Below, in pieces: positions 25,881 through 34,885 of a DNA stretch of 40,449 nt (its first letter is position 1; every line of letters begins with the position of its first letter). Under the pieces are notes generated by a model. It was given only the letters and a program-made list of their open reading frames with translations, made no database searches and was not told the origin of the DNA. The stretch is taken from the sequence record SRR22947727_1199. The stretch is one strand, 5' to 3'. The translations under genes and the position numbers were made by a program.

Positions 25881-26858
25881 ATGACTATAAAAACAAAACT
25901 GTCAGCGCTTACGGTGGCAACAACGTTTCTTTTTGGAGCTGCGGTAAGCCAAGCAATGGCGGAAGATTGCCACAGAGGCACTTTGGATGCCGCTTATTGT
26001 GATAGAAATATGGATCAGGTGGCGGATTTGCCCCTAGATGAAAAAGACTGGGTTGATCCTAAAACCATTATTTTCACTTATACGCCGGTTGAAGATCCGG
26101 CAGTATTTGCAAGTATATGGTCGCCATTTATTGAACATCTTGAAGCGTATACGGATAGAAAAGTTGTATTTTTTCCGGTGGAGTCAAATGCGGCACAACT
26201 AGAGGCCATGCGTTCGGGTCGTTTGCATGTTGCTGGCTTCAATACCGGATCTAACCCGATTGCAGTCAGCTGTTCAGGCTTCGTTCCATTCGCGATGCAC
26301 GCGAAAGATGATGGCTCTTACGGGTATGAGATGGAGATTATTGTGCATGCGGATAGCGAAATTCAATCGCCATCTGAAATTAAGGGTCGCACAATGGCTT
26401 TTACATCGCCAACATCAAACTCGGGGTTCAAAGCACCTTCCGCGATCTTGAAAGGTGAATTTGATTTAATTGCCGATCGGGATTTTACACCGACATTTTC
26501 AGGTAAACATGACAATTCGATTCTAGGTGTTTTGAATGGCGATTATGAAATAGCTGCGGTTGCAAACTCTGTGTTGCAACGTATGGTGAGACGGGGCGTG
26601 GTTGATGGCGACAAAATCAGAACTGTCTATCAATCAGCCACTTTTCCAACAACTGGGTATGGGCATGCACATAATTTGCATCCAGAGTTGGTTGGTAGAA
26701 TAAAATCAGCTTTTTTTACGTTCGATTTTGACTCTGATCCGGTTTATAAAAAAGAGTTCGCGAAAGCTGACCGTTTTGTTGGTATCCGACATAAAAATGA
26801 TTGGGCTGTTATTCGCCAAATCGACACAGCAAATGGCGTAAGCTACGACTGCAAATAG
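25881..26858 (+). CDS. phnD: PhnD-family phosphate/phosphite/phosphonate ABC substrate-binding protein
   Basis: Signal peptide, GGGAGG RBS, EAMRSGRLH, TSPTSNSG, SGKHDNS, FPTT; followed by phnC and two phnE genes. Confidence 0.82.
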   Translation: MTIKTKLSALTVATTFLFGAAVSQAMAEDCHRGTLDAAYCDRNMDQVADLPLDEKDWVDPKTIIFTYTPVEDPAVFASIWSPFIEHLEAYTDRKVVFFPVESNAAQLEAMRSGRLHVAGFNTGSNPIAVSCSGFVPFAMHAKDDGSYGYEMEIIVHADSEIQSPSEIKGRTMAFTSPTSNSGFKAPSAILKGEFDLIADRDFTPTFSGKHDNSILGVLNGDYEIAAVANSVLQRMVRRGVVDGDKIRTVYQSATFPTTGYGHAHNLHPELVGRIKSAFFTFDFDSDPVYKKEFAKADRFVGIRHKNDWAVIRQIDTANGVSYDCK

Positions 26859-26863
26859 GCAGC

Positions 26864-26903
26864 AAGCCGGGCCAGTTTGAATGATAACCTGGCTCGGTTT
26901 TTT
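26864..26903 (+). terminator. Hairpin with U-tract between phnD and phnC
   Basis: AAGCCGGGCCAG...CTGGCTCGGTTT-TTTT, with G-U pairs in the stem. Confidence 0.55.
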
Positions 26904-26927
26904 GACTGATAAAGACTGAGAGATAGA

Positions 26928-27731
26928 ATGCTTCAATTAAGTGATTTAAAGAAACGCTACGATACAGGTGATTATGCACTTAAAGGCGTTACTCTTGATG
27001 TCCCGCAAGGGCAGGTACTGGCCCTGATTGGTCCCTCTGGGGCTGGCAAATCAACGCTTATTCGCTGCGTCAATCGGTTGGTTGAACCAAGCTCGGGCAG
27101 CGTAAAGCTGAAGGACTTAGAATTAACGCGGCTCTCGTCCGCAGCGCTGCGGCGCGCACGCCGCAAGATGGGTATGATTTTTCAGGAATATGCGCTTGTT
27201 GAACGGCTTACCGTGATGGAGAATGTTCTCTCTGGCCGTCTGGGCTATGTGGGTTTTTGGCGGAGCTATTTCAGAAAATTCCCCAGCGCAGATATTCAGG
27301 AAGCGTATCGTTTGCTCGATCGCGTAGGGCTTAAACATATGGCTGATAAACGTGCGGATGAGCTTTCTGGCGGGCAAAGACAGCGAGTGGGAATTTGCCG
27401 AGCCTTGATTCAAGATCCTGATGTGTTGCTTGTGGATGAGCCCACAGCCAGCCTTGATCCGAAAACATCGCGCCAAATCATGCGGCTGATACAAGAGCTG
27501 TGCCAAGAGCGCGGGCTGACGGCGATCATTAATATACATGACGTGTTTTTGGCGCAAATGTTCTCGCAACGTGTGGTTGGGCTCGAACTTGGCGCTGTTG
27601 TTTATGATGGCCCTCCGAATGGTTTGTCGCCCGAGGTGCTGACACGCATCTACGGTGAAGAAGATTGGTCGGCCACCATCAAGGCGAGCGAAGATGAGGA
27701 TGATGATGACGATACAAAAGAAGAGTTTTGA
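26928..27731 (+). CDS. phnC: Phosphonate-type ABC transporter ATP-binding protein
   Basis: [43 protein letters not shown]; acidic C-terminal tail. Confidence 0.9.
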   Translation: MLQLSDLKKRYDTGDYALKGVTLDVPQGQVLALIGPSGAGKSTLIRCVNRLVEPSSGSVKLKDLELTRLSSAALRRARRKMGMIFQEYALVERLTVMENVLSGRLGYVGFWRSYFRKFPSADIQEAYRLLDRVGLKHMADKRADELSGGQRQRVGICRALIQDPDVLLVDEPTASLDPKTSRQIMRLIQELCQERGLTAIINIHDVFLAQMFSQRVVGLELGAVVYDGPPNGLSPEVLTRIYGEEDWSATIKASEDEDDDDDTKEEF

Positions 27732-27733
27732 AG

Positions 27734-28549
27734 ATGAAAAACGCTTCGCATGATACGGCCTATCCAAATGCTTGGAAAAAAGCTCCATTCATAGAAAATG
27801 ATTTTTTAAGGTGGTTGCTTTTTCTCGGCGTCGCTCTTTATTTAGCGGCTGCTCTAGGTACGATGGATATAGATATTCAACGTATCAAAGAAGGCTTGCC
27901 GCGCGCGCAACGCTTCTTAGATTCGTTTTTCCCCCCTAATTTTGCGGATCACCGCGGAGTTGTTTGGGAAGGGATCGCCGAAAGCATCTGGATGGCAATC
28001 ATTTCCACGGTCGCGGGCATCGCGTTATCCGTACCGGTTGGTCTTGGCGCTGCACGGAACTTAGCACCAGCTTGGGTGTATTTCATATGTCGGGGCATCA
28101 TCGCGGGCTCTCGAACCTTTCCTGAAATTATCTTGGCGATTTTCGCGGTGAAGCTATTTGGCTTTGGGCCTTTTGCGGGTTTCGTTGCGCTGGCTTTGGG
28201 AACGATTGGATTTTACGCGAAACTGCTTGCCGAAGATATCGAGAATTGCAGTGCATCTCAGGCCGAGGCGGTCAAAGCCACCGGCGCGAATTGGTTTCAA
28301 TGGGTGAATTATTCCATTCAGCCACAAGTGATGCCCCGCATGATCGGCCTATCGATCTATCGTTTAGATATTAATTTCCGCGAATCCGCCGTTGTCGGGA
28401 TCGTTGGAGGCGGCGGTATTGGCGCCACTTTGAACACAGCCTTCTCTCGGTATGAGTTCGACACGGCTGCCGCAATTCTATTGATCATAATCTTGATTGT
28501 TATGGTATTGGAATACACTTCAAGCTTCATGAGAAAGTGGGTGCAATAA
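27734..28549 (+). CDS. phnE: Phosphonate-type ABC transporter permease (start TTG 27728 or ATG 27734)
   Basis: FFPP, AARN, KLLAEDIE, EAVKATGA, YRLDINFRES, VGGGGIG. Confidence 0.88.
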   Translation: MKNASHDTAYPNAWKKAPFIENDFLRWLLFLGVALYLAAALGTMDIDIQRIKEGLPRAQRFLDSFFPPNFADHRGVVWEGIAESIWMAIISTVAGIALSVPVGLGAARNLAPAWVYFICRGIIAGSRTFPEIILAIFAVKLFGFGPFAGFVALALGTIGFYAKLLAEDIENCSASQAEAVKATGANWFQWVNYSIQPQVMPRMIGLSIYRLDINFRESAVVGIVGGGGIGATLNTAFSRYEFDTAAAILLIIILIVMVLEYTSSFMRKWVQ

Positions 28550-29361
28550 TGGTATCTTACCAAACACGGGCCGGCGAGTCTTGGAAACACCGCACCTCTA
28601 AAGAGCAATGGATCCGGTGGTTCTTTTGGCTGGTCAGCTTGGCCATCATTGCCTATGCGTGGCAGATGATTTCAGAAAAAACCATTTGGTTTTTTGTTGC
28701 GGATGCGCCGAGCCAAGGTGCAGATATCGTCTCGCGTATGATCCCACCCAAATGGTCTTACCTCGATCAATTGTGGAAACCCGTCTGGGATACGCTTAAT
28801 ATTGCGACTTTGGGCACCGTCATTGCGATGGTCATTGCAGGCCCCGTCGCGTTTGCTGCAGCGCGCAATACCACACCGCATATAATTGTGCGTACGATAG
28901 CGCTTTTTATCATCGTTTCTTCAAGATCAGTAAACTCGTTGATCTGGGCGCTTATCTTGGTGTTCATTCTAGGGCCAGGCGTGTTGGCTGGAACGATCGC
29001 AATAGGTCTAAGATCGGTAGGGTTTTGCGCTAAATTGATATATGAATCGATTGAAGAAATTGATCATACGCAAGTTGAGGCAATCGAAGCCACTGGCGCC
29101 AATAAAGCGCAGCAGATGATCTTCGGGATCTTGCCACAAGTGCTGCCAACCATAGCAGGCGTCGGAATTTACCGTTGGGACATCAACATCCGCGAGTCAA
29201 CGATTTTAGGCTTGGTGGGGGCTGGTGGGATCGGCTTGCAATTAAGTGGATCGCTGAACACGCTGGCTTGGACACAGGTCTCGGTAATTCTTTTGGTTAT
29301 TTTAGTAACAGTCTTTGTCTCTGAATGGGTATCTGCAAAGGTACGCGGCGCGATTATTTAA
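28549..29361 (+). CDS. phnE: Phosphonate-type ABC transporter permease, second subunit
   Basis: AARN, EAIEATGA, YRWDINIRES, VGAGGIG; ATG overlaps the upstream stop (TAATG). Confidence 0.88.
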   Translation: MVSYQTRAGESWKHRTSKEQWIRWFFWLVSLAIIAYAWQMISEKTIWFFVADAPSQGADIVSRMIPPKWSYLDQLWKPVWDTLNIATLGTVIAMVIAGPVAFAAARNTTPHIIVRTIALFIIVSSRSVNSLIWALILVFILGPGVLAGTIAIGLRSVGFCAKLIYESIEEIDHTQVEAIEATGANKAQQMIFGILPQVLPTIAGVGIYRWDINIRESTILGLVGAGGIGLQLSGSLNTLAWTQVSVILLVILVTVFVSEWVSAKVRGAII

Positions 29362-29488
29362 AACGCAAAGCCTAGGCTGCTGGGTCACGGCGTTGTTAAT
29401 ATGCCAAGTGGGGTGTTTGGCGCCGGAGTGAATTGGGCGATTAGGAGCCAGGCTTCGTTACGAGGCATTGCTTTCCATTAAGGTAATT

Positions 29489-29532
29489 AAAGGCGTAATC
29501 CTTCACTGTGCGAAGGATTACGCCTTTTTATT
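29489..29532. terminator. Strong, probably bidirectional, intrinsic terminator
   Basis: Perfect 16-bp stem AAAGGCGTAATCCTTC-ACTGTGC-GAAGGATTACGCCTTT with T-rich 3' and AT-rich 5' flanks. Confidence 0.8.
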
Positions 29533-29719
29533 AAATTATATTTCAACCATGCCTTTCTATCGACCTAGCTCGTGACACTTTTGCTTTCTGTTAGAAAATT
29601 CTGCTGCGGTAAGGTCTATTAAAGAGCTTTTTCTAAGAGTTTTTTGATGAGAGCAACATACTCGTTGCTTGAATAAAAAAAATTAAGCAAGCAATAAAAA
29701 TTTATAAAAGACATTTCTA

Positions 29720-29747
29720 TTGAAATAAAATTACTTTGAAGTAATTT
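29720..29747 (+). promoter_or_regulatory. Candidate sigma70 promoter of tctCBA overlapped by a palindromic operator
   Basis: TTGAAA (29720-25), 16 bp, then TAATTT. Palindrome AAATTACTT-TG-AAGTAATTT at 29728-29747. Confidence 0.5.
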
Positions 29748-29846
29748 CTTTGGTTAGAAACCGGCTTTCGCGCCGCTTTTTGAGATATGATTAGGTGTTT
29801 TGGCTGGGTGACTGGCCCCGCTTTAAACGAATAGGAGTTTTAAAAA

Positions 29847-30815
29847 ATGAGACTAGGATTGAAGAGCCTCTTTACACCTTTGGTGGCTGCATCTTTGACG
29901 TTGGCGACAGGTTTGCCTGCATTGGCCGGCGATTGGAAGCCGCAAAAGCCGGTTGAAATGGTTATTATGGCGGGGCAGGGCGGCGGCGCTGATCGGCTTG
30001 CGCGATTGTTTCAGAGCATCATTCAAAAGGAAAACTTAGCAGATATGCCCGTTTTGCCTGTGAATAAAGGCGGGGGATCGGGCGCTGAAGCGCTGCGGTA
30101 TCTGAAGGATAAAGCCGGTGATAATCATGTGATTATGGCCACGCTAAACAGCTATTACACCACGCCATTGCGCACAGATATTGGGGTGAATATCGAAGAG
30201 TTTACGCCGATAGCACGGATGGCGCTGGACACGTTTGTGCTGTGGGTCCACGCAGATACGGGCATCACCACAATCGAAGAATATGTTGCTGCGGTGAAAG
30301 CCGAAGGTGGCGCTTGGAAAATGGGTGGCACGGGATCTGGACAAGAAGACAGCCTGGTTACAGCCATGTTGGAAGAAGAGTTTGATATCTCGGTGACGTA
30401 TGTTCCCTTCAAAGGGGGCGGGGCGGTGGCAAAAAGCCTTGTTGGCGGAGTCATAAACTCGTCCGTGAACAATCCGTCTGAGGCTTTGGGCTTTTACAAA
30501 GCGGGAAAACTTGTGCCGATCGCGGCCTTTACGCCAAACCGGATTGAGGTGTTCCCGGAAACACCGACCATGCGCGAATTAGGTCATGACTTGGTGTATT
30601 GGATGCAACGCTCTTTCGTAGCGCCCAAAGATATGGCCCCAGACGCTGTGGAGTATTACACAGGTATGTTTGAAAAATTGGCGGCTTCTTCTGAATGGCA
30701 GACCTACACCAAAGAAAAAGCTTTAATGGCAGATTTCCTAACGGGAGATGCTTTGCAGTCTTATTTCTTGGATGAACGTGCCAAACATGCCCAGCTGTTA
30801 AACGTTTCAAACTGA
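29847..30815 (+). CDS. tctC: Tripartite tricarboxylate transporter substrate-binding protein (Bug/TctC)
   Basis: Signal peptide, AGGAG RBS, P.KPV..V..AG.GGG.D, VNKGGGSG, YVPFKGGG, PTMRELG. Confidence 0.88.
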   Translation: MRLGLKSLFTPLVAASLTLATGLPALAGDWKPQKPVEMVIMAGQGGGADRLARLFQSIIQKENLADMPVLPVNKGGGSGAEALRYLKDKAGDNHVIMATLNSYYTTPLRTDIGVNIEEFTPIARMALDTFVLWVHADTGITTIEEYVAAVKAEGGAWKMGGTGSGQEDSLVTAMLEEEFDISVTYVPFKGGGAVAKSLVGGVINSSVNNPSEALGFYKAGKLVPIAAFTPNRIEVFPETPTMRELGHDLVYWMQRSFVAPKDMAPDAVEYYTGMFEKLAASSEWQTYTKEKALMADFLTGDALQSYFLDERAKHAQLLNVSN

Positions 30816-30889
30816 TCGCTTTTAAACGGACGTTAAGAAACCAGGCGGTCGCGATTGCGCGGCCGTCATTTTGATAAAAGGGCGCTCAA

Positions 30890-31381
30890 ATGTTGCTTGC
30901 TGATCGTATCATCGCGTGTTGCCTAATATTTTTATCGCTATATTTTATGTGGTATGCCAGCGAATTACCAATTGGGTGGAATGGCATGACGGGTGGTCCG
31001 GGCGGCGGGGCGTTTGGGTTTTGGCTCTCAGTTATCATGCTGTTGGCGTCGGTAGGTATTTTACGCCGGAGTTATCAATCAAAATCGGAAAGCGAAGGTT
31101 CGTTTTTTGATCCTGAAATGCTGCGATCAGTGCTGATCGTTACGCTGGCTTTGGTGATAACCGTGGCGCTTTTGCCTTGGCTTGGGGCCTATCTCGCGCT
31201 TCCCTCCTTTACCTTGTGGTATTTGCGTTTTTTTGGTGGGCATGGATGGGGATTAAGCCTTTTTATGAGCATCGCTACTGCTGTGTTCTTTTTCTTCTTC
31301 TTTGAGGTGACGCTCAGAATTCTTTTGCCCAAAGGCATTACCGAGCCTGTTTTTATTCCGCTTTATGCGCAGTTTTTCTAA
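30890..31381 (+). CDS. tctB: Tripartite tricarboxylate transporter small subunit
   Basis: Several hydrophobic helices, GPG motif, C-terminal F...L...LPKG; lies between tctC and tctA. Confidence 0.82.
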   Translation: MLLADRIIACCLIFLSLYFMWYASELPIGWNGMTGGPGGGAFGFWLSVIMLLASVGILRRSYQSKSESEGSFFDPEMLRSVLIVTLALVITVALLPWLGAYLALPSFTLWYLRFFGGHGWGLSLFMSIATAVFFFFFFEVTLRILLPKGITEPVFIPLYAQFF

Positions 31382-31392
31382 AGGAGCCTAAG

Positions 31393-32913
31393 ATGGATTT
31401 ACTAAACCATTTGGCGAATGGCTTTGCGATTTCTTTGCAACCTTTAAACCTAATGATCGTATTCATTGGTGTTTTTGCAGGTTTATTCATCGGGGCTATG
31501 CCAGGGCTTGGATCGGTAAATGGCGTTGCGATTGTGCTTCCTTTAACGTTTATCGTGCCACCATCCTCGGCGATTATTTTGCTTGCAGCTATTTATTATG
31601 GCGCGATGTATGGCGGTGCAGTAAGCTCTATTCTGCTCGGTATTCCTGGCGCGTCAACCGCAGTGGCAACCACGTTTGACGGCCGGCCGATGGCGCAACA
31701 GGGCAAAGCCGGGCTGGCGCTGTTAACGGCGGCGGCCGCCTCGTTTATTGGCGGAACAATTTCGATTATTTTATTTACACTTTTTGCAGAACCGCTGGCA
31801 GATCTGGCGCTGGCCTTTGGGCCAGCAGAAGAATTTACCTTGGTGTTGTTGGCCTTCACCACATTTGTTGGGCTGGGTGGCGATGACGTCTATAAAACGA
31901 TCATTATGATCTGTTTAGGTTTGATTTTATCGACAGTTGGTTTGGATATGATATCTGGGCAACCTCGAATGATTTTCTTTGATCAACCTGGCTTCTACTC
32001 GGGTATCAGTTTTCTGGTTTTGGCGATTGGCACCTATGGGGTGGGGGAAATTTTATATACGATTGAAACGCAGAAAACGGCCCCCTCTGTCACGTCGGCA
32101 AAGTTGTCTTTTAAAGATATTTGGTCTGGTTTGAAAGAGGTGAATAAGCTTTGGAAAACGATGAGCTTCGGTTCTTTTCTGGGGTTTTTCGTGGGTATGT
32201 TGCCTGCTGCAGGCGCCACCCCTGCTGCGCTTATGTCTTACGGCTTGGCAAAATTATCGTCAAAAACCCCTGAGAAATTTGGAAAGGGCGCGGTTGAAGG
32301 CGTGGCCGCCCCAGAAACCGCCAATAATGCGGCATCAACCGGATCACTATTGCCAATGTTGACGCTTGGAATTCCTGGCTCACCGACCACGGCTTTGCTG
32401 CTTGGCGGCATGGTGATGTGGGGGCTGGTTCCGGGGCCCATGCTGTTCATTGAACAATCTGAGTTTGTTTGGAGTTTGATATCCTCACTCTATACCGCCA
32501 ATGTTATGGCCGTTATTGTCAATTTGGCGTTAATCCCAGTTTTTGTTTGGGCGTTGCGGATGCCTTTCAGCGTTTTATGCGCCATGGTGTTTTTGCTTTG
32601 CTTGGTTGGAGGCTACGCACCAAGCCAAAAAATTCATGATGTTTGGTTGATTATTGGCTTTGGTGTCTGTGGGTATATTTTGCGAAAAGCGGATTATCCC
32701 TTGGCCCCTTTGGTTTTGGCTTTGGTGCTGGGGGGGTTAATGGAAAAAAGCTTTCGGCAAACATTGATTGCCGAGCAAGGAAACATTTTCGCCTTCGTTG
32801 AGCGGCCATTATCCGCAACCTTTTTAGGTATAAGTATCATTTTGTTTCTATTGCCTTTTTTAAAATTTTTTCTATCTCGAAAACGGGCCGCCTCGGTCAG
32901 CTCGCAATCGTAG
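31393..32913 (+). CDS. tctA: Tripartite tricarboxylate transporter large subunit
   Basis: GAMPGLG, YYGAMYGG, IPG..TA..T..DG.PMA, APETANNA, LTLGIPGS, G..PGP; AAGGAG RBS. Confidence 0.92.
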   Translation: MDLLNHLANGFAISLQPLNLMIVFIGVFAGLFIGAMPGLGSVNGVAIVLPLTFIVPPSSAIILLAAIYYGAMYGGAVSSILLGIPGASTAVATTFDGRPMAQQGKAGLALLTAAAASFIGGTISIILFTLFAEPLADLALAFGPAEEFTLVLLAFTTFVGLGGDDVYKTIIMICLGLILSTVGLDMISGQPRMIFFDQPGFYSGISFLVLAIGTYGVGEILYTIETQKTAPSVTSAKLSFKDIWSGLKEVNKLWKTMSFGSFLGFFVGMLPAAGATPAALMSYGLAKLSSKTPEKFGKGAVEGVAAPETANNAASTGSLLPMLTLGIPGSPTTALLLGGMVMWGLVPGPMLFIEQSEFVWSLISSLYTANVMAVIVNLALIPVFVWALRMPFSVLCAMVFLLCLVGGYAPSQKIHDVWLIIGFGVCGYILRKADYPLAPLVLALVLGGLMEKSFRQTLIAEQGNIFAFVERPLSATFLGISIILFLLPFLKFFLSRKRAASVSSQS

Positions 32914-33174
32914 AAAGGGGGCTTTTCTTGGTGCAAGTAGACCGTCGTGTTGGCCAGATATTCAGTTGTTATATCTGCTGCTCATTAAGGCATGTTTTGG
33001 GATTTCCTGCCTTATTTCAGAGTGAAATTTTTAATCAAAGTGCGGTTTTTTTTAAAACCTTTAACTTACGCTCTCCACGAGAGGTATGTCACAAAATCTT
33101 ACAAGATGTATCGCAGGCAGCGTTTAAAAACGCGTTTAAGACCTTCCGGTTCGCGTCAGAAAGAGGGATGTTAA

Positions 33175-34008
33175 ATGCTTAAAAATATTCTTGTGGCCTA
33201 TAATGGCTTGCCTGGATCCGATGCGGCGTTGAAAGGCGCTGTGCAGGTTCAACAGCGATTTGATACGGATCTCACCGGTTTATTTGCACATGGCAATCCA
33301 TTTTTATCGCGGCAGTTGCATAAGGCGTGGATGCCTCAAAAAATGCAGGATGCAATCGTGGAAGCCGCGGATAGTCCCAGTGATGATATTCGAGAAAAAT
33401 TTGATGAGATATGTCAGGTTGTTCCAGCGGAAAAGAAAACATGGATAAATAGCGGGGGATCTGTTCAAACCACCGTTACGCGGTATTCTCGTCTGTTTGA
33501 TCTGACAATTTTGGGAATGCATGAAAAAAGCTTTGCGCATAATCTGTCGCATTTAGAGCTGTTTCCAGACCGAATCGCCTTGGAAAGTGGGCGGCCGGTT
33601 TTGGTGTTTCCATCCAACCCTCCGGTGGATTGTTTTGATAAAACCATCGTGATTGCGTGGGATGGCAAGCGGGCGGCGGCGCGGGCGCTGGCTGATGCTA
33701 AATTATTTTTAAAAGCCGGTCATAATGTTGATCTTGTGTCGATCGGGCGGATGCAGCTTGCCGAGGCAACCCCAGGCGTTGATATTGGGAAGCTTTTTAA
33801 AAACCATGGCTGGAACGTTACAATTAGTGAGATACCGCTGTCTAAAAAAACCATTTCGCAAACTCTTGTAGAGCATTGCCGCAACGTTGATGCCGGCCTT
33901 TTGGTGATGGGCGCTTACGAACATTCGCCGCTTCGCGAAGGGTTATTTGGGGGCGTGACACAGGATATTTCGCTTGGCGCCGAAATTCCCGTATTGATGA
34001 GCCACTAG
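33175..34008 (+). CDS. Universal stress protein (tandem UspA domains)
   Basis: KNILVA, SGRPVLV, IAWDGKRAAARAL, LLVMGAYEHS..RE..FGGVT, PVLMSH. Confidence 0.9.
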   Translation: MLKNILVAYNGLPGSDAALKGAVQVQQRFDTDLTGLFAHGNPFLSRQLHKAWMPQKMQDAIVEAADSPSDDIREKFDEICQVVPAEKKTWINSGGSVQTTVTRYSRLFDLTILGMHEKSFAHNLSHLELFPDRIALESGRPVLVFPSNPPVDCFDKTIVIAWDGKRAAARALADAKLFLKAGHNVDLVSIGRMQLAEATPGVDIGKLFKNHGWNVTISEIPLSKKTISQTLVEHCRNVDAGLLVMGAYEHSPLREGLFGGVTQDISLGAEIPVLMSH

Positions 34009-34092
34009 TGTTTTTTAGACCTCCAATACGCAGTTGCCTAACCATCACATGCGTCTGGACCGCCGGGTTGGCTGCGCAACCCAGACATTCTA

Positions 34093-34665
34093 TTAAGGTT
34101 GCCAGTCTATCGGGTAGATCGCTTCATTCCGTCGCATGAAAAACGGCGTTAACGGTCCGTTATAGGTTGCTTTAATCGATGCGCCCAGGATTTTGACGCC
34201 AGCGTCTTGCAAATGGCGCTTAAGACGAGCAGCGTGAGCTTGATAATTTTTGTTGGTAGACCTACCAGTATATTGCATCACCGCGTAATATCCGCCGGGC
34301 ACCGTAACCAATTTTACGGAGCCGTGTGAAGGTGCTGGGGCCGTTTCTTTGGTAAAGGCTTGAGGCAAATAAAATTGCATTTGCGTTGCACCGTTTTGGT
34401 CGGTTTGCGTTACCGGAACGGTCATTGAAATTTTCGAAGAGGTTTCATTGGTGCCCGAAATATACGAAAATAATCGGCGAAACGCCGAATTGCTGCCGTG
34501 ACCCTGAATGGTTTGAACAGCAAGCCGGTCTTTATAATGACGAATTTCATACGCGTCATTTGATTGCAAAAGTTTATATTCTGGCTCTTCATAGGCCATA
34601 TCGCCTCCGGAAAACAACGCCCAAACCATAAGGCTAATGGTCACCATACGTGAGATTACTATCAT
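34093..34665 (-). CDS. SOUL family haem-binding protein
   Basis: EEPEY, YEIRHY, AFRRLFSYISG.N, KISMTVPV, MQFYLP, YNGPLTPFFMRRNE; hydrophobic N-terminus. Confidence 0.88.
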   Translation of the reverse strand: MIVISRMVTISLMVWALFSGGDMAYEEPEYKLLQSNDAYEIRHYKDRLAVQTIQGHGSNSAFRRLFSYISGTNETSSKISMTVPVTQTDQNGATQMQFYLPQAFTKETAPAPSHGSVKLVTVPGGYYAVMQYTGRSTNKNYQAHAARLKRHLQDAGVKILGASIKATYNGPLTPFFMRRNEAIYPIDWQP

Positions 34666-34796
34666 GTTAGAGATATAGCTTTTGGCTGTGTTGAATCAAT
34701 TGCATGCCTTTAAGCTATTGGTAATATTATATTTTAATTCTTTCATATGAGTTTTGAGGGTTCTTTTTTCCACGTAAAGGGTTAATTTATTTTTTT

Positions 34797-34839
34797 CTTA
34801 CTATTTTTATCAAGATTAATTCTTTACAAAAATAGTCAA
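34797..34839. promoter_or_regulatory. Pair of candidate iron-responsive operator sites (Iron-Rhodo-box-like)
   Basis: CTTACTATTTTTATCAAG and TTTACAAAAATAGTCAA form an inverted pair (ACTATTTTT/AAAAATAGT) and resemble TGAC-N-GTCA boxes; located upstream of the Fe(III) SBP. Confidence 0.45.
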
Positions 34840-34885
34840 CAATTATATTGATGGTTTATCAACTGAAAAAATATGGAAATATAAC

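Noticed and set aside
27690-27712. GAT/GAC triplet run as a contingency repeat
   Set aside because: It simply encodes the acidic tail of PhnC, in frame and imperfect.
27123-27788. 221-aa minus-strand ORF (likewise 18912-19469 and the other nested short ORFs)
   Set aside because: Antisense or alternate-frame shadows of conserved genes.
33085-33103. Pho box upstream of the Usp gene (ATGTCACAAAATCTTACA)
   Set aside because: Only one half-site resembles the consensus.
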